DNA of 64,000 bases from Eledone cirrhosa. Lineage: Eukaryota. A model generated the notes under the pieces. It had not been told where the DNA came from. It did not search any database and saw nothing but the letters and a program-made list of their open reading frames with translations. The DNA lies in the NCBI GenBank assembly GCA_964016885.1, contig OZ024743.1, forward strand, positions 164,920,001-164,984,000. The letters are read 5' to 3'. Made by a program: the position numbers and the translations under genes. Shown here one piece after another: positions 1 through 11,228 of this stretch (position 1 is the stretch's first letter; every line of letters begins with the position of its first letter).

Positions 1-4
1 TGAT

Positions 5-974
5 TTGGAGATTCTGATGCAGATGAGGCCGGAGAGAATCTCCAAAATACCCGAAAAAGTCGTCTTCGACGACAATAAAAGAATAAACATCACGTTGGAG
101 GGGCGTAAACTTCATTCCTTTCGCTGTGGTAGCACAACACACCTAAAGGCCTCCTATCCTTCACAAACACACCACAACAACATCATTAAAAAAAACTATC
201 CAACACCAAAACAACCACCACCACAAGTACAACAACAGACGAAACGAGCAAACACACCAAAACAAACAGCCACTCAACCAACAACAACAGAAAAAACACA
301 GACAACACCCCTGAAGAACACATCCCCACCCATCCCACTCCATCAAACACTACCACAAACACACACACCGAAACATACCCCTACCCCACACTCCTGACGA
401 TGAATATTCACCGACAGATGAGGCTGCTTCTTCTTCTTTTAGTGAAGGAGAGCCTCGGAAATCTAAAAAACAAAAAAAGAGACACCACAAAACCCCCTAA
501 ACTTGAATCACCAACACCAACACACAACCACAGACACAAACAACAACACAAACAATACCACAGTCAAACATCCCCCTACCAGCAAAACCAGCACCAACAC
601 CACCCAAACACCAGCAGCCACCATAAAAAGAAAACTCCCGGACGAACAACAAACTAAAACAACACAACAAAAACACAAACAACAATACGCATACATCAAC
701 ACAAACAACAAGAGTTTGATGGAGGTCATCTCCCCAAACCCCAAGGTGGAGACGGAGGGCAAAACCTTCGTCAAAGCAGAATCGTTTCCACACCTTAAAC
801 TAATAAGTGCTTCGATAGAAACCTATCAGAAATTGAAAGGACAGTTTTCGCAGGATGTTAGCAACCCCTGTCAAAAACCGCATCTTATTAAAATGTTTCC
901 CCACCCCACCCAACACCCCAACCAGAACTGAAATGGAGATTGAACAACCCGATCTCCAGGAAACGAAAAGGTAA
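5..974 (+). pseudogene. Tx1 ORF1 C-terminal part, frameshifted
   Basis: QMRPERI..INITLEGR, decayed knuckle and YAYINTNNKSL..TEGKTF..HLKLI match the other ORF1s. Stop TAA at 972-974. Confidence 0.85.
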
Positions 975-1015
975 GTGCACCTTTTCGTCCTTTTCGCCAA
1001 CTCTTCTCCACCAAC

Positions 1016-4000
1016 ATGGCTAATTTACGAGTTGGAAGCGTGAATGTGCGTGGCCTATGGATGCCCTGGAAGCAGGGCCAACTTTTAAACGACCTTAGGT
1101 CACACGGTATGGATGTGATAGCCATCACCGAGTCCAGGATCCACAACAGGCAGCAACTAATCCCCATCTTCGACGACTTTGAAATCTACGCATCTTTCTG
1201 TCAGCCAGGAGGGGGGAGGGGTAGTGGCTGTTATGTTTCGGAAGAACCTGGACGTCGAAGTTACACAAGTACACTTGGACCCGGAAGGTAGACTGGTAGC
1301 CCTAGACGTGAACAGTATTGGAGGTGAAGCCTTCAGACTGGTGGCAATCCCAATCACGGCCAGACTTCTTTAAGCGTCTAGAGTCTTTTCTGGGAACGTC
1401 TCGCTCCTTACTTTTAGTGGGGGACTGGAATGGTATCCTAGATGCACGATGGGACTATATGAGAGCATGTCCCAGTAGAGGGGGGTGCAACAGCCTCAAA
1501 ACTTTAATCGGCCAATTCCAACTGGCGGATAGGTATCGACTGGATTTCCCGACTGCACCACAGTGGACGTGGGCAAACCGCAGCGGGACATCTAGATCGT
1601 ATTTAGATAGGTTCTTCATTAGAGAAAGGGACAAGGAGATGTTAAGCTGTCCACGAATGCACATGGTTGCCTATTCCGATCACAAATTAGTCGTCTACAT
1701 AGTCAACCGTAACAGAACACATAGATACTGGAAGCTGAACGTGTCGATGCCGGCACGTAAAGCTTACAGTGAACGGATAAGTAAATTAGTCAAGCAACAG
1801 TTAACGGGAGCCATCGTCAACAATAAATGGCGGTACTCTCTCAAGAAAGCAATTAGAGTAGAATCGATAGGGTTTAGCAGAGAGTTAGCATTAGAGAAAA
1901 ACAAAATAGAAAGAGAACTAGTAGCCAAGGTAGAGGAGGCACTTAGAAGTGACAACGCGGCTAGAGTGTTAGCGTCGAGAACGGCACTGGACCAGTTCTT
2001 CGATGCGAAACACGAAGGCTGCGTGGTCAGAAGCAAAACACGTGTTCTAGGAAACGAAGGAGCGAAAGCTCTCAGCTGGGCCTGAGTGACGGAGGCAAAA
2101 GGTGGCAACAAGTCCACGATTCGTGTGCTACTTGACCCCAAGTAAATGTGCGCGGCCTTTCAGCAGCACTTTGCGCGACTGTTTGAGCAGAACGACGGTG
2201 AGCCGAACGGGGTAATGGACTTTAGTTCATACCTCGACGGCCTGCCGCGTCTCTCGAACACGGACGCCAAGTTCTGCGAAAGACCGATCACGGACACTGA
2301 GATACGGGACGGTCTGGGCCGCTGCGGGAAACGCAAGTCACCAGGTCTAGATTGTCTACCCTATGACTTTTAGATAGGCATGCCGGACTTGTATCTGTCA
2401 TCCTCGAAGCCGTCTACTGCAATTGGCAGCAGAACGGGAGAATTCCCAGTCCTGAAAGCAAGGGCGTAGTAACGCTGATCAGGAAAGACGAGAACAAAGG
2501 GGACGAAATTAACAACTGCAGGCCCATAACTGTGCTCAACACAGAGTTAAGGAAGATGGCCAAGGTGCTAGCGACGAGGTTGGCGCTTTTTGTCGACAAC
2601 CTGGTAGGGAAAGCGCAAACGTGTGCAATCCAGACCAGGTCCATACACGACAACATCTACCTCATGCGATACATCATAGAGAGGGTGGGTAGTAAACCCG
2701 GCTTCGGTGGGGCTCTGATCAATTTGTATCAGTCTAAGGCATTCGATAGGGTCGACCATCGATACTTGGAAGCGGTTCTCAAGGCGGCCGGTTTCGATCC
2801 CGTTTTCAGAGGCTGGATCGAGGCGATGCACACCAGCATCTGCTCGAGGGTCAAGGTGAACGGCTACCTATCGGAGCCGTTCGCAATCACGGGTTCCATT
2901 CGACAGGGGTGCCCTCTCTCCTCCATTCTGTATGTAGTGACTCTAGAGCTATTACTGCCGAAATTGGAGCTGTTGCAGGGCATCCTTCTAGTACCGGGAC
3001 TGCGCGAAGCGGCGTCGGCTTATGCCGACGACGTGACGGTAATGGTGTCGAGCACCTGGGAAATCGCGGTGATCGGCAACTTACTGAAAGAATACGAAAC
3101 GCTGACGCCAGCAAAACTAAACCTGGACAAGTCTGTCGGTTTGCAACTCGGTACGTGGAGAGGCAAACCGATGACGTCCGACAGCGTCGTTGGACGCTGG
3201 ACGGACAGACCGGTGAAATTGCTGGGGGTCTGGTTCCGTCAAGACCTCCAGGGGAAGAAAAACTGGAACGAGGTCACGGCCAAGGTGTTTGCGCTCACCC
3301 AGAAGTGGGCAGAGTGCAAACTGTCCTTGAAAGGTCGAGCGGAGGTGGCGAACACTTTCATAGCGCCCGTCATCTACTACCGCTTGACTGTCGTGCCTTG
3401 TCCCCGTGAACACCCCACCAAGATGGAACGCATGCTCTTCCAATTTCTGTGGAAGAACAGGCTCCGCTGGTGAGGAGGATCGTCTGCTGTCAGCACCCTT
3501 CCAACGGAAGGCTGGGCATGCCGTGGCTGATGATGTGCAAACATGCGCTAAGGCTGCGGCATCTCCAGGTATTCCTCACCGACCCCCAACCGATGTGGGC
3601 ACTGTTTGTGAGACAGGCTTTCCCACAGCTCGTCTCGCTGACGGAGCTGCAGTCCTGGATCAAGAAAAGACCGGAAACGATGGGCGCCTGGCACATTGAA
3701 TGCGCCCAGGCGCTCAGAGTCCTCTGGCAAGCTGGCACAGCAATCAGTGGAGACTCAACTTCGACATTCTATAGAGGGATTGTACGTTACAAGGGCGATG
3801 ATATGCTCGGAGAGACTCTGGGCGTCGAAGACGATGAGCTCACCAGTCTGTTTGTTAGGACTTTCCGCCCAGGACCTATGGACAACTTCCAGGGGTCCCT
3901 GGCCTGGCAGTCCTACCGAGGAGCTCTACCGATTCGTGACAAGATCTACAGGCACGGACGCCCCTGTAGGGATCCTTCCAAGAGGACGTGTCCACGATGC

Positions 4001-4417
4001 GCGCAGGACATTGAAACAGTCCTGCACGCAATTGTACACTGTCCGGGCGTAACCGACCTGTGGAACAATGCAGAACAACTGCTGTCGCGTATGGGACAAA
4101 TCCAGTTGACTGCCGAGTCCATAGTAAGGATCAAACCGCCAGCCTCTTTCAAAAATGAAAGAGAGGCGGTTTTCCTCTATACAGTGGCTATAGTGAAAAA
4201 ATATTGCCAATTGAACATATGGTGGACGAGATTGAGAGGACTGAGGACAGATGCCTTTCTCTCCGGACAACAATTGATTCCCTTCTTTAAGTATCATTTT
4301 AGAAGGAGAATCAGAGTGGAGAGAGAGGCACCGCACCCCAGTAAATTTACTGAAAGGTGGGTGAATGAAGCGAAAATGGCCCGAGTGATTGGGCCTTCTC
4401 TGTTTATAAGCCTGTAG
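1016..4417 (+). pseudogene. Tx1 ORF2 (APE endonuclease, RT, CCHC), several frameshifts and stops
   Basis: NVRGL, GDWN, SDHK (APE); QSKAFD, QGCPLS, YADD (RT); CPRC..H..HC, split over ORFs 1016, 1179, 1318, 2146, 2532 and 3449. Confidence 0.92.
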
Positions 4418-4635
4418 ATTACAGAAGAGAGCAAAAGGAAGAAAGGAGCTCTTGCACAACACGCTCCGACGAGGTATTAAACAACCCATTTGTGGCGCTT
4501 CCCCTTTATTGGGGATTTCGATTGTTATAATTGTTTGTTTATATTTTTTACACGACTGTATGTAAAATCCCCAGCATGTCTTTGTATTGTCCCCTTTTCT
4601 TGTGCGCCCTTGTGGCAAATAAAGAAATCTATCTC

Positions 4636-5492
4636 TTCATCTGCCTGACGCATGGAACATCGCTGGAAAGCTTTTTTGTAAATTTCTATTTAAAAAACTG
4701 ACCTAATTGTTTGAAAAAACATATCATTATTTAGATTAACCCCCAAGCTGAATTGTCAGCTGGGTGGTAACCCCATTTTTCGCCCCTTTAGGGGCGAAAT
4801 TTTAATTTAAAAATTGTTTTAAAAAATTAAATTTTGCCGACTATAAAACATGAATAACTCGGAAAGAACGCCGGAGAACGTTAACAGAGATAAGAGAGGT
4901 AGAAAGGCAGATATTAACGTTATATCTGCTTCTGTCACTATGGACGTCGTCATGGATACGACTGTCAACAAGGAAAAAAAATATTGCCAATTGAACATTT
5001 AAAAATTTCTACCGTCGAAGCGGAGAAGAATAACACACAACAAAACACAGGAATTAAACCTATTAATATACATACACATGAAACAGCGAACAACAACCAC
5101 TCCATATCTACAGATAAAATTTCACCTCGTCAAGGAATTGCGATTTCTAACACCGAGGCTGACAACGACAACAACAACAACAGCAACACCACACAAAAAA
5201 TGTCTTTCGCTGAAACAGTGAACAAAAAAAACAAGATTTTATAAATCTTGACATCTCCAATGCAAGAGATATGCTCCAGCAAGGGAGAAAATTTGTATTT
5301 TTCGAAGACAATGGTGGGTTTAGAATCAACTCACCCCTCGAAATAAAAGAAGAGACAGTTCGAAGGATAGTGACCTTCAAGACTGTCTCAAACACAACGA
5401 GAAAGCCAATATTTGTGAGTCAAGGAGACATAGAAGCCACCTTGAAGCAGACTCTAGAAAATATTGACTTTCTTCAACGAGGAAAACAGTAC
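4636..5492 (+). mobile_element. Tx1 copy B: 5' UTR and ORF1 N-terminus only
   Basis: 5' UTR hairpin motif shared with copies C and D. KMSFAETV and INSPLEIKEETVRRIVTFKTVSNTTRKP align with copy D ORF1. Ends abruptly at Penelope sequence. Confidence 0.85.
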
Positions 5493-6150
5493 GGAAGAGA
5501 TACCTTGACGACTGTTTCATCATCTGGACAGAATCTCTAGATACTCTGGATGAGTTCAATATCCTCCTGAATAACCTACACCCATCTCTCCAATTCACAA
5601 AAGAGATGAGTAGTACCAAATTACCATTCCTAGATATAATAGTAATCAAAAACGACACCACCAATACCACGGATATATACTATAAACACACAGACACCCA
5701 TCAATATCCTCCTCATATAAAACGCAACATCCCATATTGCCTAGCCAGAAGAATTTGTATCTAAATGCAATGATAGTCGATGTGGCACATGTCAGTTCAT
5801 ACATACTGGTCAATATATGAACACAAAAACTGGAAAAATATTCCCAAATGCAAATATGATCTGCAAAAGCAGAAATCTATTTTGCTGCATTAAATGCCCG
5901 AATTGTGGAGAACTATATGTCGGTCAAACTGGAAATGCACTATCGGAACGTGCACGGGTCCACCGACAGCAAATCAGAGACCCCAAATGTCCGTCAGATA
6001 CCCCTGAGTAACCATCTAACAACATATGGTCAGAAAATATTTATAATATTTCCATTCTAAAAATTACACAGCCCAAGTGAAATCAAGAGAAAAATTAAAG
6101 AAAAGAATTCTATTGATAAATTCCAACCCAAGCTAAATGAACAATAATAA
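5492..6150 (+). mobile_element. Penelope-like element fragment (RT C-terminus and GIY-YIG endonuclease)
   Basis: Manual translation from 5498 reads RYLDDCFIIW..NNLHPSLQFT..LPFLD..YYKHTDTHQY. ORF 5817 reads CIKCPNCGELYVGQTG..SERARVH. Confidence 0.85.
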
Positions 6151-6534
6151 TGCTTAGGGGTATTACTCCTACTATGACTACGCCTACGACCATGTCGACT
6201 ACCACCACTAACAACAACAACAACAATAATAATAATAAAAGTGATGTTGATGGTGATGATTACTGAAGATTTTTTTATAAAAACCCTAGAAAATGCTATT
6301 TTCATCATTTCTAAAAATAGCAAAACAATTGATGCTTTGGATAGGGTCAAATAGAAGTCGTTAGACATGCTCAACCAATCAGCTTTAGTAATCTAGTGAA
6401 ACTACACACCGATTGGTCGAAATACAGTTTGCAAAACGTAGCATTCTGTAGCCACCTTTTACTGTATATAAAGCACAGAATTTACCCATCTCATTACAGT
6501 TGAAAATTTCAAACTTGACTGTCACCACTGAATA

Positions 6535-6573
6535 TGAACTTGAAGATTGCGAAAGCATGAAAGTACTTGTTCA
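6535..6573 (+). ncRNA. Minimal type I hammerhead ribozyme (Penelope-type), C3U variant
   Basis: TGAAC-TTGAAGA-T-TGC GAAA GCA-T-GAAA-GTAC-TT-GTTCA: stem I TGAAC/GTTCA, stem II with GNRA loop, palindromic stem III loop. Lies downstream of the Penelope fragment. Confidence 0.7.
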
Positions 6574-6719
6574 ATTAACACTTAACATTTAATATTCTAC
6601 CATACTATTTCATTCTAATATCATTATAATTTTAAAGGATTGTAAATAAAACGAGTAAATCAGACAAAGTTGAAATTCCTTTTATTAATATAATTTTCTA
6701 TACACAATCATACACACCC

Positions 6720-6722
<3 letters not shown>

Positions 6723-6786
<64 letters not shown>

Positions 6787-6789
6787 CAT

Positions 6790-6862
<73 letters not shown>
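6723..6862. repeat. (TA)n microsatellite (one of many in the window)
   Basis: Directly visible. Confidence 0.95.
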
Positions 6863-6866
<4 letters not shown>

Positions 6867-7066
6867 GTATAGGTATTTACATTGTACATTTTACCATTCT
6901 GCTCTAAGGATACAGTGGTCACAGCATTGGATATTTGAGTTCTGCAAATACTTGCAAATTTGCACATAGCATAACTAGGTTGTAGTACCACCGTGGAAAC
7001 ATTTGTAAGCACACGGAATAAATTACCTTTTTATGATGTCTAACTGTTATTATTCATTCTAGGAAT

Positions 7067-7250
7067 GGCGGTGGATTGGCAGTGTCGGTAGAGGGTCGGA
7101 CGCTATGCTTTCCAGCATAGTTACGTCCCTTTACGATCTGAGTTCAAATCCCGCCGAGGTTAACTTTGCCTTTCATCCTTACGGGGTCGATAAAATAAAG
7201 TACCAGTAATGCACTGGGTAATTGCTGGCCTTGTGCCTAAAGTAGAAACA
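7067..7250 (+). mobile_element. tRNA-derived SINE with MetaSINE-like central domain
   Basis: B box GTTCAAATCCC, core GCCTTTCATCCTTACGGGGTCGATAAAATAAAGTACCAG, 12-bp TSD ATTATTCATTCT (7049/7251). Four copies in the window. Confidence 0.85.
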
Positions 7251-7265
7251 ATTATTCATTCTTTA

Positions 7266-7302
<37 letters not shown>

Positions 7303-7570
7303 CGAAGGAAATGTGGTAAGGAACCAGATGGACCATAACGCACCAGAGTACTCAATACTTTGGGTAATAGAGTGGGTAATAGGAAAAAGTATGACCCCGA
7401 CGGCAGAGCTCAAGCCGTTTCGTATAGTTCGGGTATTTATTTACCAGGCTAAAAATTCTAATTTAGTCCAGAAATAGCGGTCGTAACGGCCTGAGCTCTG
7501 CCATCGGGGTCATACTTTTTCTTATATATATATATATATATATATTATACACATACACACATATATATAT

Positions 7571-7836
7571 CCTTACACACTTAAATATAAATGCACGTAT
7601 ATATGCAAAAGTATAAATGCATAATTATGTATGTATATAGCTATGCATTTATACATTTGCATATATACGTGCATTTATATTTAAGTGTGTAAGGAAGTTG
7701 ACATGATTATTTATGGTGGTTTTTGGGGGGTAAGGAGAAAATTCTGTCTCCAGATTTTATTACCTAGGGAGATTAAATACCACAGCTCTGGCTGAAAGCT
7801 GACCAGGTTCTCAAACTCATCAAATACTAAAGCAGG

Positions 7837-7902
<66 letters not shown>

Positions 7903-8290
7903 CGTATGTATGTATGTATGTATGTTGAAGTTGTTCTTGTAACTGTTGTCAAAGTTATGTTCATCTTTGATTACTTTTGGTTTTTTTTTTATCTCCCTAG
8001 GGAATTCGTTGACAAGCTTCTTTTATTTATTTTCCTCGTTTTCTTCATTCAAATGCATTCACACTGGCTGTCTAAGAGACCTACAAATATGACTTATAAA
8101 ACTTACCAAACTAAAGGGGCTTTCAGCGCCCTCCCAAAGCTTAAAACGCCACCCTTGCTGCAAAACGCCCCCCTCCCCCCACTCCCGTTGAGAACCTTTG
8201 GTTTAAAATTTAAACCAAAGGTTCTCAACCCATTTTGGCCAAACGCCCCCTTTTGCCCCTCGAAATCACGAAACGCCCCCTACCTTATTT
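7571..8290. repeat. Dispersed duplicated segment, copy 1 (copy 2 at 21735-22610)
   Basis: Shared hairpin CCTTACACACTTAAAT.., CTGGCTGAAAGCTGACCAGGTTCTCA, ATCTCCCTAGGGAATTCGTTGACAA and AACGCCCC motifs in the same order. Confidence 0.8.
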
Positions 8291-8731
8291 TTCCATTTTT
8301 CAATATACTATTTATTTTGATATCAGTAAATTACTGAGCCAAATCAAGTTATCTTAGATTCTTTAAAAAATATTCGTACGAATTAAATACAAAAAAGTTT
8401 CAGTCCAAAACAAAAGCAAGCTATTTTAAATTATATATTTTTGAAATAAAAAAAAACATTTGATCTCAGTCGAGAAAGCTTTTTTTTTTTTTCACTGTTA
8501 GCTGTTGTAATATTTTGAGTGGATAGACAATTGAAACTGCAAAGTCAAAATACAAAAGATGCAAAATATGAAGAATTTCTTACCTTTCTCTGAAATCACA
8601 AACTCAGGGGAAAAATAGTACCTTGCAAAATAATATACCTCGTAGCAAAATAAGTAGTAAGGAATGAATTGAGAAGCTTGGTGACTGAGAAAGCAATATT
8701 TTTATCCCTTATATATAAACATAGATAGACC

Positions 8732-8863
<132 letters not shown>

Positions 8864-8971
8864 AACCTGTGTGTGTGTGTGTGCCTTGGTACGGAAAGAA
8901 TTTTGTCTACAGTTTTTTATTGCCAGGTCAAAGGCCACAGCTCTTTTCAACAGCGCCAAATAACAACGCTC

Positions 8972-9005
<34 letters not shown>

Positions 9006-9306
9006 AATGAAGAGAGAAAGATGGAGGGACAGAGAGAGTAAGAAATGTGTGTGTGTTTGGTACACGTCTATCTATCTATCTATCTATCTATATAATCTAG
9101 CTGTCGTCTGTTCTACAGTGTGGATGTAATTCACTTCGCGCAGAACTTTTGTTCAAATTTATTGCGGAAATTTTGTGAGTTCAAATTTAATTTTGATACA
9201 ATTGTGAACTGTCAGGCGGTGGGTCAGCTCATCTTTACCCCTCCTAGAGGTGAAAAACCTGTTTTAAAAAATTTTGTGGCAAAAAAATTTCAATCGTCTA
9301 ACAGAA

Positions 9307-11195
9307 ATGTTAAACGCAGCGAACGAAAATAGTGGTGGGGGGACAGCGGTAAGAGTTGTAAGCTCGCACGCTTTAGTCCCCCCTTCCTTCCCAACTAACG
9401 TCATAGAGAAGGAAGGAAAAATTAAAATAAAAACAGACGAATCTGCGGAGAAAAAAAATGACGAAAACACAAATCTGGACATGGATTCCAACAACGAAAA
9501 AAAAAATTTGAAAAATTGCATGACAATACTAATAACACAAACAAAGACACAACAAACACAAAAATAACATTTGAAAATAACACCATAACAGAAAGCAAAG
9601 CAGACGACAAGATTTCATTTGCACAGACAACAAAGAAATCTTTGACTTATATACCCGAAAATATTTCAGATGTGGCACGAAGAATCACAGACGCCAAACA
9701 ATACATAAGTGAAGGAGAGAATGGTATTTTATCGGTAAAAATGCCTCAAGAATTCCCCAAAGACATTGAAAGCCGAACGGTCAAGTTCCGCACCATCAAC
9801 AACAGTACAAAAAAACCTGAACAGCCTTCTCAAGCAGATATCAAAACAGTACTCACAGAAGTACTTAATGAAACCACTTTCATAAGAAAAGACAGACTGT
9901 ATGGAAGCCTAGCAATTATCATGAAGAACGAATCGGCGGCAAAAAAATGTGCTTTGTCACCGATTCGTTCGAAAAATTTTACCTTTTATCCATCTTATAT
10001 GGGTAAAAGAACTCAACGCATATGGCTGGATGCAATTATGCCAGATGTGGACTACTGCTGGCTCATAGCTGGCTTCATCGATCCAGTGAATGACAACGTG
10101 ATTTCCATTGGGAAAACCACAGGCATTGGAACAGGTATAGAGCTGGTAGTGCAAATGAAGCCTGAACGCATCGCCCAAATACCCGACAGAATCCTATTAG
10201 AGGGCCACGGGTATATAAACATTAGCGTGGAGGGGAGAAGGCCGTCCTGCCATATCTGTGCAGGCAGAGGGCACCTGAAGGCCGCTTGTCCCCAACTCAA
10301 CAAAAAGAAAACCCTGCTACCAACACCAGCTCCACCACCACCACCACAACAGATAAACAAACAACAAAACTCAGTCCCACCCAACCCGTCCCTCAGTAAA
10401 ACCACACCACCACCACAACACAAACAGTCACAACACATTACCCCAAAACAAAATACAGGCCCACCCAACCTCTCACTCAATAAAACAACACAACCACCGC
10501 AGACACAACACACAACACAGTCTAACATAGTGACATCCATCTCCCCCACAAAGAAAACCAACACGGAAACATTACCAGCAAACATACCTCTTCCCTCCAA
10601 CACTGAAGATAACCCAACGAATTCGGAGAAAGAAACGGAGTCCTTCAGACAGATTAAAAGGAAAAAAAGAAAACATGTGCAAAACACACAAGGCCAAACA
10701 ACCCCCACCCAAATCTCAACACAATCCAACAAAACAGAAAACATCCCTCCAGCAACAAACAAAACCAAACCTGCCCCTCCCCTCTTCGAAACACTCACAC
10801 CATCCGAAAAAAAGACATTACACTATACTTACATCAACAGAAACAATAATAAATTAAATGAACTCATATACAATAATCCTTCGGTACAAACCGAAGGTGT
10901 AAACTTTGTTTCTTCAGAAAACTACCCACATTTAAAATTAATAAAGATCCCAATGAACCTCTACCAAAAACTAAAAAAGGATTTTAAGGAGGACGTAGGA
11001 CCACCCTCTGTCAAACCCATAAACCGTGTCCTACTAAAAAGCTTTCCCCCTCCCCTTCCCCTCCCCAACACAACTCCAAACACCCCAACCCCACCACACA
11101 CTGACGACCCCACACCACCACAAGACACCCCTTCACCCAACACCCCCGACCCCATGGAAGTCGTGCAACCCGAACCCCGGGAAGCGGAAAGGTAG
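9307..11195 (+). CDS. Tx1 ORF1 (gag-like, one CCHC zinc knuckle); one frameshift at the A-run near 9500
   Basis: MLNAANENSGGG matches the copy D N-terminus and continues in ORF 9516-11195 with CHICAGRGHLKAAC and a Pro/Thr/Gln-rich linker. Confidence 0.85.
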
Positions 11196-11228
11196 GTCTC
11201 TACATTCTCCTTTGGCTCTGCCGCCCAC

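Larger units (their letters stand above)
1..4635 (+). mobile_element. Tx1-clade non-LTR retrotransposon, copy A (degraded, 5' end outside window)
   Basis: ORF1 remnants homologous to the ORF1s at 9516 and 15258. Frameshifted APE-RT-CCHC ORF2. 3' UTR ends GCCCTTGTGGCAAATAAAGAAATCTATCTC. Confidence 0.9.

Noticed and set aside
7067-7160. tRNA gene
   Set aside because: A and B box-like motifs are present, but this is a SINE head with a core domain and TSD, and no clean cloverleaf.
8584-8589. 6-nt micro-exon on the minus strand (TTTCAG|AGAAAG|GTAAGA)
   Set aside because: There is no host gene context or expression evidence, and such motifs arise by chance.
9496-9516. Programmed -1 frameshift in copy C ORF1
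   Set aside because: Copy D ORF1 is one open frame, so a homopolymer indel or sequencing error is simpler.
10052-10798. Long antisense or alternate-frame ORFs over LINE coding regions (also 3926, 19160, 37909)
   Set aside because: Shadow frames of biased coding sequence with no recognisable motifs.
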